Assembly (NCBI GenBank): GCA_017621695.1
Contig: JAGASP010000053.1
Coordinates: 4,787-68,786, forward strand
Source: Clostridia bacterium
GTDB lineage: Bacteria > Bacillota > Clostridia > Oscillospirales > CAG-272
Length of the DNA: 64,000 nucleotides
Direction: 5' to 3'
The notes under the pieces are model-generated. The model saw only the letters and a program-made list of their open reading frames with translations. It ran no database searches and was not told the origin of the DNA. The position numbers and the translations under genes were made by a program. The stretch's first letter is position 1. Each line of letters starts with the position of its first letter. This document shows, one piece after another, positions 26,223 through 35,610 of the stretch.

Positions 26223-28994
26223 ATGAAATCTCTTGCGAAAATCGTATTTTGCCTCCTGATTGCCGGGCTTATCCCCACAATGGGTTCCTGCACGGAAACA
26301 CCCGCCCCTCCTGCGCCTCAGATCACCGCAGGGCAGGAAACAACCGAGTCTCCCGAGGCAGATACGGGAGAACAAGCAACCGACGAAATCACCGAAGCAA
26401 ATACCGAATCGGTTACCTCTCCCGACACATCCACGGAAGAACAACCCGAAAAGCCTCAACGAGACGTATACGAAGATCTGTCCTTCCATATCCCCGCCTA
26501 TCATAATCCCGATACCAAGTCCGCCGAGGTGTCCTCCGAGGGAAAAAGAGCAATGGGACAGATCTCTTTGGATTTCACCGCTTTGAACGGCCAATACATC
26601 ATATCCTCCACAAAGGTAGGCTTCAACTGCCACGACGTGGCCACCTGTGACACCTGCGGCTACGTAGACACAGGGGACGGTGGGGCATACCTGATGTCCT
26701 CCCACGGAAAGGATCAGGGCGGCATTACCGTCACCGTGGCAACACCCATTCTGGCTTCTTCGGTCACAGGTATGACCCTGACCTTCAAGACCACGGCCGA
26801 TGCGCCCGCCAGCTCCATGCGTATTCTCACAGCAGACCAGACAAACAATGCCGCCTTTATCAATTCCTGCGGTTCCATGGGTGGAGCCACAGAGGAATGG
26901 GTCACGGTGGATCTCGGTGTGAAGGACTATGCGGAGCTTGCCGACAGCGACGGTTATATCCGCTCCTTCCAGATGTATTTCCGCAACAAGAACAATACCG
27001 ATTGCTACGTGCAAAGCGTAAATTTCACCATCAGTCCCGATGAATTTCTGATCGTGGACGAGGTTTTCGGTAACTGCTTCTTCCGCGCAGGTGCAGCTGA
27101 GGCCATTGCCAACGTCATAGCCGCTCGATTTACAGCGGCAGATATTCAAGCGGAAATCACCGTAGAAGGCTCTGCCTACCGAAAAAATACCAGTGCAACA
27201 GACGGTTCTCTGCGATACACAGCTACCGTAACTTTGGCCGACGGCACCACCCTGAACAAGCAACATACCGCCGTCATCCCCGCCATCACGGGCGCGTGGC
27301 TGGACACCACTGACGGCCAGTACGGCGCATCCCACGACGCGAGAGGACAATGGCAGGAGACCTTTGATCCTTCGGGACTGCTGTTTTTGACCGACAGCTC
27401 CCTGTCCTGCGCTGAGGGCATCAAATCTGTAGAATACGCGGTAGTCGCAGAAGATCTTGCCTATGACGACGGGCAGATCGTATGGCTCGCGCCGCAGCTG
27501 CTGGAAATGAGCGACAACGGATTTTCTCATCTGTTGGCCAACGCATTCCTTGATCTTGGAAAGCAACTGACGGAGGGGACGTCCTACCGCTTTCTGGTGC
27601 GCGGCGTGACGCAGAAGAACAACTATATTCTTCATATTGATATTCCCTTTGTCTATCAGCCCTTGTCCATCCGCGCAACGGATGCGTTGAAAGCCGCGCA
27701 GACCGCCTTGGAGCAAACCAACTTTATCTGCTCCGCAGACGTGGAAAATAAAGCAGATTACGTGCGTGAGCAGCTTTCCGCTTTGGTAACCGACAAATCT
27801 GTTGCCATGGACGTGGAGATTTTGGGCGAAGGACTCGGCTCCATGCGTGTATATGTTGCGCTTCGATACGCTTCTGGCATTACGGAAGCAAGACTTCCCC
27901 GCTACGAGCTGAACGGAAAGATCGTGACAGACGTATACAACTACGTTGGCAAAGCGTTTACAGAGGAGGCGCTGACGGTGAAATTTTCAAACGAACAAAC
28001 AACCATTACCCTGACCGCACCCTACGACGGCGACCGTCACGTGATATTAGCATCCGATGTGATCTACAATCATGCCAAAGCTCCTCTGTCCGTCGTGCAG
28101 AACGTGAATTACGGCTATCTCAAGGGCGAGTACTGCACGCCCGCCCCTGTCACCCTTACCTGGGAGGACGCAAATGCTTCCGAGGGGAAGCACTACACCG
28201 TCCTGATCTCCAAGCAGCCGGACATGACGAATGCGCTGGAGATCACCGCAACCGATACCCGTGCAGAGGTCTATAATCTGAACATCGGCACGACCTACTA
28301 TTGGCAAGTCAGATCAGGCGGAGATGCGTCTCCCGTACAAGTGTTTGCCACCGAGGACGGTTATCCCCGTTTCATCAAGCTGGACGGTGTCTCCAACGTG
28401 CGAGACATCGGCGGCTACATCACAGCCGACGGCCGAAGAATCAGACAAAATCTCGCTTACCGCTCAGCGCAGCTGGACGGCATCACAGCGGAGGCCAAGG
28501 AGATCGCCCTGCAAACGCTGAGCATCCGCACAGATCTTGATCTGCGCGGTGGCGGCAGCTCTCCTCTGGGTAGCTCTGTCAAGCATATTTCTGTCGCTAT
28601 GCAATGGTACGAGCACATTTTCGAGGAAAAGATGTATGGGGTAGTCAAGCAAACCGTCTCCGTCTTTGCGGATGAGAAGAATTATCCCATCATTTTCCAC
28701 TGCTCCATGGGGCGTGACCGCACAGGCACGACCACGTTCCTGCTCCTCGGTCTGCTGGGTGTGGACGAGGACACCCTGCGCCACGAGTATTACACTTCCT
28801 TCTTCTCCCAGCAGGGCGCGTTCAGCGAGGCAGAATTCCCCCTGCTCATCACCAATATGAACAGACTTGTCAACGGCTTTGACGATTTCGGAGACGAGGA
28901 TGACACCCTTCAGGAAAAGATCCATGCATATCTTCTGCACATCGGTGTCACCGAAGAAGAAATCCAAAGCATCCGCGATATCTGGTTGGAGTGA
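26223..28994 (+). CDS. Large surface lipoprotein (923 aa) with acidic linker, domains of unknown function, an FN3-like module and a C-terminal Cys-based (CX5R) tyrosine-phosphatase-like domain
   Basis: Lipobox IPTMGSC. VSNVRDIGGYITADGRRIRQNLAYRSAQL and P-loop HCSMGRDRTG (28698-28727) resemble the PF13350-type phosphatase family. RBS GAAAGGAAAG. Confidence 0.8.
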   Translation: MKSLAKIVFCLLIAGLIPTMGSCTETPAPPAPQITAGQETTESPEADTGEQATDEITEANTESVTSPDTSTEEQPEKPQRDVYEDLSFHIPAYHNPDTKSAEVSSEGKRAMGQISLDFTALNGQYIISSTKVGFNCHDVATCDTCGYVDTGDGGAYLMSSHGKDQGGITVTVATPILASSVTGMTLTFKTTADAPASSMRILTADQTNNAAFINSCGSMGGATEEWVTVDLGVKDYAELADSDGYIRSFQMYFRNKNNTDCYVQSVNFTISPDEFLIVDEVFGNCFFRAGAAEAIANVIAARFTAADIQAEITVEGSAYRKNTSATDGSLRYTATVTLADGTTLNKQHTAVIPAITGAWLDTTDGQYGASHDARGQWQETFDPSGLLFLTDSSLSCAEGIKSVEYAVVAEDLAYDDGQIVWLAPQLLEMSDNGFSHLLANAFLDLGKQLTEGTSYRFLVRGVTQKNNYILHIDIPFVYQPLSIRATDALKAAQTALEQTNFICSADVENKADYVREQLSALVTDKSVAMDVEILGEGLGSMRVYVALRYASGITEARLPRYELNGKIVTDVYNYVGKAFTEEALTVKFSNEQTTITLTAPYDGDRHVILASDVIYNHAKAPLSVVQNVNYGYLKGEYCTPAPVTLTWEDANASEGKHYTVLISKQPDMTNALEITATDTRAEVYNLNIGTTYYWQVRSGGDASPVQVFATEDGYPRFIKLDGVSNVRDIGGYITADGRRIRQNLAYRSAQLDGITAEAKEIALQTLSIRTDLDLRGGGSSPLGSSVKHISVAMQWYEHIFEEKMYGVVKQTVSVFADEKNYPIIFHCSMGRDRTGTTTFLLLGLLGVDEDTLRHEYYTSFFSQQGAFSEAEFPLLITNMNRLVNGFDDFGDEDDTLQEKIHAYLLHIGVTEEEIQSIRDIWLE

Positions 28995-29072
28995 TGGCTT
29001 GTCATCACCCTTGACTGTTCCGAAATTTCGTGCTGCAATATACCTATACTTTTATACATAAGGAGTAATACT

Positions 29073-29966
29073 ATGAAGCTTTGTGATATTCATCTCCGCG
29101 ATCCCTTCATTTTTGCCGAAAATGGCGTATATTATCTCTACGGCACACGTCGCGGTCCCAGCACCAAGGTCATCCCTTGGCAGGGATTGGACGTTTACAC
29201 CTCCACCGACCTCATGGAATGGAGCGAGCCCCACGAGTGCTTCACCCGCCCCGCAGATTTCTGGTCGGATCGTGACTTCTTCGCCCCCGAGGTCTACCAC
29301 TACGGCGACGCTTATTATATGTTCGCCAGCTTCAAGGGTGGGGACATCACCCGTGCCTCCCAGATTTTGAAGAGCGACAGCCCCATGGGTCCCTTCCTTC
29401 CCTTCACCGACGGCCCCATGACCCCCAGAGATTGGACTTGCCTGGATGCCACCCTTTACGTGGACGATGAGGGGAACCCTTGGACGGCTTTCTGCCACGA
29501 ATGGACACAGGTCGGAGACGGTACCATTGAGATCATGCCTCTCTCCGCCGACCTTACCACCCCCGTGGGTGAGCCCGAGACCATTCTCCGCGCCAGCGGT
29601 GCCGAATGGTCGTATTCCCTGGTGGATCCCACCTCCCGCAACTACGTTACCGACGGTCCCTTCTTCCGCAGAGGTAAGAACGGCAAGCTCTATATGCTGT
29701 GGTCGGGCTTCCACGCAGGCCCCCAGTACTGGTACGTCCAGGCGCTGGCCATCAGCGACAGCGGCAGCATCCACGGCCCCTGGCGCCACGCCGACGACTT
29801 CATCTATGACCAGGACGGCGGCCACGGTATGCTCTTCGACGGCTTTGACGGCGAGCTGTATCTCATTCTCCACAGCACCAACGTCAACCCCAATGAGCGT
29901 CCCCGCCTGTTCCGCGTGAAGGAGACCGACGACGGCTTTGAGATCATTGAGCGAATCGACGCTTAA
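29073..29966 (+). CDS. GH43-family glycoside hydrolase (arabinofuranosidase/xylosidase type), cytoplasmic
   Basis: RDPFIF, FFAPEVYHYGDAYYMF and a five-bladed-propeller-style repeat pattern. RBS AAGGAG. Confidence 0.85.
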   Translation: MKLCDIHLRDPFIFAENGVYYLYGTRRGPSTKVIPWQGLDVYTSTDLMEWSEPHECFTRPADFWSDRDFFAPEVYHYGDAYYMFASFKGGDITRASQILKSDSPMGPFLPFTDGPMTPRDWTCLDATLYVDDEGNPWTAFCHEWTQVGDGTIEIMPLSADLTTPVGEPETILRASGAEWSYSLVDPTSRNYVTDGPFFRRGKNGKLYMLWSGFHAGPQYWYVQALAISDSGSIHGPWRHADDFIYDQDGGHGMLFDGFDGELYLILHSTNVNPNERPRLFRVKETDDGFEIIERIDA

Positions 29967-29999
29967 AACATAAGAGCGTATTTTGAGTTGACCACAAGA

Positions 30000-30040
30000 A
30001 AAGACCGACAATCCTTAAGGATTGTCGGTCTTTGGTTTTA
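30000..30040. terminator. Bidirectional terminator between convergent genes
   Basis: AAAGACCGACAATCC-TTAA-GGATTGTCGGTCTTT. Confidence 0.7.
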
Positions 30041-30095
30041 TACGATCTTCGGGAGCATCAGCGCCTTCGCCGTCGTTGGTTATACGATGATAAGC

Positions 30096-31391
30096 TTACT
30101 GCTTGCTGCCCTGGGTCAAAGCGGCGGTGCGGTAAGTGCCCTCGGTCTTGGCGCACTCCTCGTCCCACAGCTCCTTCATGTGGTCATAGACCGCCTGAGG
30201 AATATCGGGCGTACCCGTGGACATGGTGGGCCAGAGCATATCTCCGGCAGCCTTGGGATCGGTGCAAGCGGTGTCGTTGCGCCAAGCATCGCGCTCCTCC
30301 TTGTTGCGGAGGTTGGGAATCTCAACAGAGATGCCACCCGCCAAAATGGAGCGATAGGCAAACAAGCCGGGCAGGAACATATCCAGTGCTTCATACACGT
30401 CAATGGTGTCCGCATCCTTGTCACCAAGGATCTTCTTAATGAAGTAGTACATGGAGAAGAAGTCGGAACCGCCGTGACCGAAGCCTGCCACATCATCTGC
30501 GGGCGCGTGCTCGGGACAATAGGAACGGAGACTGCCCGTCTCATATCCGCCGTCGTACTCGTCCTTGTTGACATAGATCTTGGCGATGTGACCGTCCATT
30601 GCGTCCTCACGGCCGCACTCCATACGACCCTTGGAGCCGTACATGGTGTACCAGATAGAATTCTTATACAGATTGCCGTGAATCGACTTGACAATACCGC
30701 CGTTCTCCAACGTCACCATTTCTATGCCAAACTGACCGCTTCTGCGTCCGGTTCTCAAGCCACGGGCGTTTTTGGTGCCCTCAAAGCCAACGACGGATAC
30801 GGGACGAAGACCGGTGGAATGGATGATGGGACCCAAAGAGTGGGTGCAGTAGAAGGTAGCATAACCGCCGTTACGCCAGTGATCGGACTCACCGTAGGTA
30901 ATGGAGGGCCAAATGGACTCGCAGTTGTGGATGTACTCACCCTCGCCATATTCAAACTCGCCGATCTCACCGCTCTCGTAGAGCTTCTTCATCTCATAAG
31001 GGGCGGGCATATAGCAGTAGTTTTCGCCGTAAGCATAGACCAGACCGCTCTCCTCTACAGCCTCCACCAGCTCTACAGCCTCCTTCATGTTCTGAACAGG
31101 CAGAACCTCGGAGAAGACGTGCAGACCCTTCTTCAGGCAGCGGATGGCAAAAGGAGCGTGCTCGTTGGCGTAATTGGCCAGCACCACGGCATCCATATCG
31201 TGCTCAATGAACTTGTCAAAATGATCGTAAAATGTAATGTTCAGCCCCTCGGCGGCCGCTCTTTGGGCATCAAGAGCCTCGGGACTCTTGTCACAGATAG
31301 CTACCACCTCGGCGTGGTCGGCTCGCTTGCAATAATTGATCATACTGGTGCCGCGATAGGCACCCAAAACACCAATACGTACTTTTTTCAT
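30096..31391 (-). CDS. Gfo/Idh/MocA-family NAD(P)-dependent oxidoreductase
   Basis: N-terminal Rossmann MKKVRIGVLGAYRGTS, with DAVVLANYANEHAPFAIRCLKKGLHVFSEVLP typical of the family. Confidence 0.85.
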   Translation of the reverse strand: MKKVRIGVLGAYRGTSMINYCKRADHAEVVAICDKSPEALDAQRAAAEGLNITFYDHFDKFIEHDMDAVVLANYANEHAPFAIRCLKKGLHVFSEVLPVQNMKEAVELVEAVEESGLVYAYGENYCYMPAPYEMKKLYESGEIGEFEYGEGEYIHNCESIWPSITYGESDHWRNGGYATFYCTHSLGPIIHSTGLRPVSVVGFEGTKNARGLRTGRRSGQFGIEMVTLENGGIVKSIHGNLYKNSIWYTMYGSKGRMECGREDAMDGHIAKIYVNKDEYDGGYETGSLRSYCPEHAPADDVAGFGHGGSDFFSMYYFIKKILGDKDADTIDVYEALDMFLPGLFAYRSILAGGISVEIPNLRNKEERDAWRNDTACTDPKAAGDMLWPTMSTGTPDIPQAVYDHMKELWDEECAKTEGTYRTAALTQGSKQ

Positions 31392-31596
31392 AGATGATCT
31401 TTCCTTTCATTTTAGGATGCAAATGGCGGGATGTCACAACGGCAGTTGCTCCCATTCCGTTATTTTATTATACCACAGGCAATCCCTGATAGTCTGTAGT
31501 TAATTTCCACATATTTGTGGAAATTGGTCATGTCGCAGTTGACTTCTCTCAAAATATATGCTATACTGATGCCATTCCACCCAAGGAGGTAGGATT

Positions 31597-32424
31597 ATGC
31601 TTGAACAGAACGTTTGTCGTTTCGTCCCGCGCGAGGTCAACGACCATAGTATTCATACCGTTCATTTCGTTTTGGAAACCAAGGAGCAGATCTATACGGG
31701 TCTGCGTTTGAAATCCCTTTATACCGTATATTTTGTCCTTCAAGGGACGGGAAAGCTGCACACCCGCGGCGAGGTTCTGCTTTTGAAGCAAGGGGATATA
31801 TTCTTCTCCTTCCCTGCCGAGCCCTTTGCCATTGAGTCGGTTGCCGATTTTAAATATATGTACATCAGCTTTTTGGGAGCACGGGGAAATCGGATCATGG
31901 ACAAGCTGGGGATCTCCCCCAAAGCTCCGCTGTATTCCGATTGTTGGGAGCTGGAAACCGTCTGGAATCAAGGACTTCTCAGCCCCACGGAAATATCGGA
32001 TATTGCCAGCGAGGCCGTCCTGCTCCATACCTTTGCCTATCTGGGCGGTCGTTTGCCCGAGTTTTCCTCTCGTGACGAAGGACGGATCGATCTCATTTCC
32101 ATGATTCAAAAATATGTGGACGAGCATTTCTCCGATCCCGATTTCTCCTTGGAGCGGTTGGGAAGCGAATTGAAATACAACAAGAAATACCTCTCCACCG
32201 TCTTCAAACGGCACGTGGGCGTGGGCATCGTGGAGTATCTCCATACAGTGCGTATCCAACACGCCTGCACCATGCTTCGTCAAGGCTTCAGCAGCGTCAG
32301 CGACGTAGCATTCCGTTGCGGCTATCCTGATGCACAGTATTTTTCCAAAGTGTTTAAGCGAAGAATGACCATCTCTCCCCGCGAATACATGGCATCGGTC
32401 AGATCTGCAACGACCATACAATGA
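31597..32424 (+). CDS. AraC-family regulator
   Basis: AraC HTH (LERLGSELKYNKKYLSTVFKRHVGVGIVEYLHTVRIQHACTML). RBS AAGGAGG. Confidence 0.85.
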   Translation: MLEQNVCRFVPREVNDHSIHTVHFVLETKEQIYTGLRLKSLYTVYFVLQGTGKLHTRGEVLLLKQGDIFFSFPAEPFAIESVADFKYMYISFLGARGNRIMDKLGISPKAPLYSDCWELETVWNQGLLSPTEISDIASEAVLLHTFAYLGGRLPEFSSRDEGRIDLISMIQKYVDEHFSDPDFSLERLGSELKYNKKYLSTVFKRHVGVGIVEYLHTVRIQHACTMLRQGFSSVSDVAFRCGYPDAQYFSKVFKRRMTISPREYMASVRSATTIQ

Positions 32425-32425
32425 T

Positions 32426-32472
32426 ATAACAAAAATCCGAGTCCTTGGAAGGACTCGGATTTTTGTTATTTG
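32426..32472. terminator. Bidirectional terminator
   Basis: 19-nt stem ATAACAAAAATCCGAGTCC / GGACTCGGATTTTTGTTAT. Confidence 0.75.
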
Positions 32473-32479
32473 TGCGTAT

Positions 32480-35400
32480 TTACATGAGTGCACGATACAG
32501 GGTCGTCAGCACGTCCTTGTCCTCTATGGGAGCGGAGGAGATCACTACCAGTCCGTCCTCAGAGATCGTCACAGCCTTGCCTGCTGCCGCAATGACCTCG
32601 GCAGGCATAACGTAGGTAATGCCGTATTGATCGTAGGTGTCCAGGCCGTCGCAAGACACGCCAATCACGTTCTCCACAAAGTTCTTGGGGAGATAGTACT
32701 TGTCGCCGCGACCCATGAGCACAGCCTTGGTGCTGGAGGCATCCAGTCTCACCTGCTTGCCGCCGGCGAAGGCATTGTAAGATCCCGCCTTGAGCACGAT
32801 CATATCCTCGGTCAGGCACTCGGGGAGCTTGACCTCAGTTTTTACGGTGGTGTAGCGGTAGTTGAAGCGGTCGTTGGGTGCGGTATCACCCTGATCGAGG
32901 AATTGCATCACGTTGCCGTCTGCTACGGAATTGTCCGCCCACTTGAAATCAAAGGTATCACCAAGATTCATCACGGAACGAGCCACCTTGATCTGAAGAA
33001 TATTGCCGCGCAGATCGTATTCTGCTTCACCGACAGATTCCAATTCCCAAGTATCCTGACCCACGAACTTTTCAACAGAGACCTTGCCGTCCTTCTGAGA
33101 GCGGTTGATGAGGTAGTCGTAGCCGTACCAGCCGGTCTCACCGTTGCAATCCGCGTCGACGAAGAGATTCATCCAGTTGGTGCCTTCGGGAGCTGTGATA
33201 TCCTCGGCACACTCTGCGTAGAAGTAGAGGTTTTCGGGATCTGCGGAAACCTTGCAGGTCACAAAATCGTTACGACCCGAGGTGTTGGTGTAGCGGAAAT
33301 CGCCTACGTAAGAGAAGTGATCGCGATCCACGGTATCACCCTCATAATCGCGGTACTCGGGGCCTACGATGTTCCACTGACCGTGGTCACCCTTGATGTC
33401 GATCGCCCACTGCTCAAAGGCAGCTTCCTGCGCACGGGAACCCTTGTACTGGCGGATGTTCTGTACCATTTGGTAGAAGTAGTTGTCATTGAATCCGCCG
33501 GTCATAGGCTCGATGTCACGGGAATACTCGGTGTTGAAGGCGTCCACATAGTACCACTGATACTTGGGGTTCTTCTCGTCCACCTTGTACTCACCCGCGA
33601 TGGTCTGCCCCTGTGCGGGATTACCCGAACCGCCACCCCAACGGCCTGCCCACCACTCGTTCCAACCGGTGATCATGATGAGGGGAGGATTCTTTTCCAT
33701 GGCGTAATCAAAATGCTCCTGGAAAGCAAGACCCAGACCGGAAGTCGTATTCATGAGCGCAAAGCCGAAGTCCCAATCGCCCTCATGTGCGGGAATACCG
33801 TTGGCATGGGTGTAGCTGCGGCCTGCGTTCGTTCCGTTGCTTCCGTTTGCCCAGAAGCCGCACATGACGATCATCTGCTCTACCTCACCGGAGGGGGAGA
33901 GGCCGGGCTTCTGGGGATACATATCAGCCCATGCCCAACGGCCATGACCGCGACGGGAGGTATACCATTCATCGTTGGTAAATGCCCAGCTCTGACGGGC
34001 GGTGAAGAAATCCGTGATCTCGGAGGAAAGGGTCTTGGCCAAAGAATCGGGATAGAAGATCAGGGGCTTGCCGTCCCAGTAGAACCACATATCCTTGTAT
34101 TTGTCAACGGAATAGTAATTGTTCCAAAGGAAATTCAGGGAGGAGGCGGCCAAAGAATCGGTATTGCCGCAATGGAAGCAGATCTGGGGCACCTGATAGC
34201 CCTCAGCACGCATTTGACTCCAGACACGGAGAAGTGCTTCCAGATTTCTCTCGTAAATGATACCGTTGGTAGCATCCACGTAGATAAAATCCACGCCTGC
34301 TTCGGCCAGCATATAGCCGTGCTTGCGGATGACCCATTCGTCATCGGAATTATAGTAGCCAAAGTAAGGCTCAGCCCAATAGTGAGCAAATCCCAGAGGA
34401 CCCTGAGGGACGAGATCCCACACGGCATCCACGCCGCCCTCCAGGTAGGCCTTGGTATGGTCGAAGAGGGGATTCTGCCCCTGCTCGGTGGCATTGTGCC
34501 ACATGAAATAGAAGATACCGACCTTCTTATCGGTAGCGGCGATGGTGGTTGTACCCGTGGGAGTTACGCGTCCCACATCATCGGTGGCGACCCACGTGTC
34601 GGAAAAAACGTCACGGGAGGTCAGCATATCAATGGGAGTGGAGGTCGTCACGGTAGAGGAACCCGAGACCTTGATGTCGGAAATTTTGACGTTGTTTTTC
34701 ATATGATGTGTCCATAGACGTGCATATCCCGTTTTGCTGACGGGCTCCGACAGCTTTTCCACGATGTCGGGTTGCTCGCTTCCTTCCAGATAGAATTCCA
34801 ATTGCGTGTCTGTGATCTTGAGGGTAGCCAGGGGTGTCTTTACGCCATCCTTGTCATAGAACATGGAGATGATATTGGTGGAAGGATCATCCTCCACGTA
34901 CACAAGCTCGCCTTGGGCAAAGTCCACGGGAGCATTGACGAGTGTGCAATTGGGCCATGTGCCGGTACGCATACCGATCTTGTTATCCTTCATGAGGATC
35001 CAGACGCGCGCGGACTCATGGTTGGGCGCAGCGCCCGTACCGGACAGGCGAAGGCCAAAATAAGTGGCGTTATAATTGGCATCGGGATCGGAAGAGGTAA
35101 GCTTGAACTGATATTTTGCAATGACATCTTCGTTAAACTTCAGACCGATTCCCAAGGATGCGACGGTCTTAGGAGGAAGAATGACCGTGCTTCCCTTGGC
35201 CGTTCCCTCGCCGATGGCGAAGATGGTGCTGGATTCTTTTACAGAAGTGAACTCGTACTCTTCGGTGATCGTCTTGTCAACCAAAGAAGCCTCCTGTCGC
35301 TCGAAGGTAAGGTCTGCCGTGGAGGAGAAGGGGCCTTCCTGGGGCTTGGTGCGATCCGGCTCGGCGGGGGGGAGGGGTTCTTCCGAGGAAGTGTCGCTGT

Positions 35401-35584
35401 TGTCATCGGTGGATCCCTCGGGTACAGTCGTGTTTTCCTCGGATGCAGCGCCGGTGGAAGCTTCGGTCAAAGCCTCGGTGGAAGCCTCTGTTTCCTGCGG
35501 TGTTGCCTGGGTACAGGCAAAGCTGCCAAGCAGCATGGTGGCCGTCAGTAAGCATAAAACGTATTTTTTGAATAAAGCTCGCAT
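32480..35584 (-). CDS. Large secreted (possibly lipoprotein) glycoside-hydrolase-like protein, 1034 aa, with LamG-like N-domain, TIM-barrel-like core, conserved C-terminal module and copper-amine-oxidase-N-like stalk
   Basis: Signal MRALFKKYVLCLLTATMLLGSFAC. Core motifs FYFMWH, HYWAEPYFGYYNSDDEWVIRKH, ITGWNEWWAGRW, EYSRDIEP. ATG 35584 has RBS AAAGAGG. The ORF-track TTG at 35614 is less likely. Confidence 0.8.
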   Translation of the reverse strand: MRALFKKYVLCLLTATMLLGSFACTQATPQETEASTEALTEASTGAASEENTTVPEGSTDDNSDTSSEEPLPPAEPDRTKPQEGPFSSTADLTFERQEASLVDKTITEEYEFTSVKESSTIFAIGEGTAKGSTVILPPKTVASLGIGLKFNEDVIAKYQFKLTSSDPDANYNATYFGLRLSGTGAAPNHESARVWILMKDNKIGMRTGTWPNCTLVNAPVDFAQGELVYVEDDPSTNIISMFYDKDGVKTPLATLKITDTQLEFYLEGSEQPDIVEKLSEPVSKTGYARLWTHHMKNNVKISDIKVSGSSTVTTSTPIDMLTSRDVFSDTWVATDDVGRVTPTGTTTIAATDKKVGIFYFMWHNATEQGQNPLFDHTKAYLEGGVDAVWDLVPQGPLGFAHYWAEPYFGYYNSDDEWVIRKHGYMLAEAGVDFIYVDATNGIIYERNLEALLRVWSQMRAEGYQVPQICFHCGNTDSLAASSLNFLWNNYYSVDKYKDMWFYWDGKPLIFYPDSLAKTLSSEITDFFTARQSWAFTNDEWYTSRRGHGRWAWADMYPQKPGLSPSGEVEQMIVMCGFWANGSNGTNAGRSYTHANGIPAHEGDWDFGFALMNTTSGLGLAFQEHFDYAMEKNPPLIMITGWNEWWAGRWGGGSGNPAQGQTIAGEYKVDEKNPKYQWYYVDAFNTEYSRDIEPMTGGFNDNYFYQMVQNIRQYKGSRAQEAAFEQWAIDIKGDHGQWNIVGPEYRDYEGDTVDRDHFSYVGDFRYTNTSGRNDFVTCKVSADPENLYFYAECAEDITAPEGTNWMNLFVDADCNGETGWYGYDYLINRSQKDGKVSVEKFVGQDTWELESVGEAEYDLRGNILQIKVARSVMNLGDTFDFKWADNSVADGNVMQFLDQGDTAPNDRFNYRYTTVKTEVKLPECLTEDMIVLKAGSYNAFAGGKQVRLDASSTKAVLMGRGDKYYLPKNFVENVIGVSCDGLDTYDQYGITYVMPAEVIAAAGKAVTISEDGLVVISSAPIEDKDVLTTLYRALM

Positions 35585-35610
35585 ATGATACCTCTTTGGG
35601 ATAAATTTGA

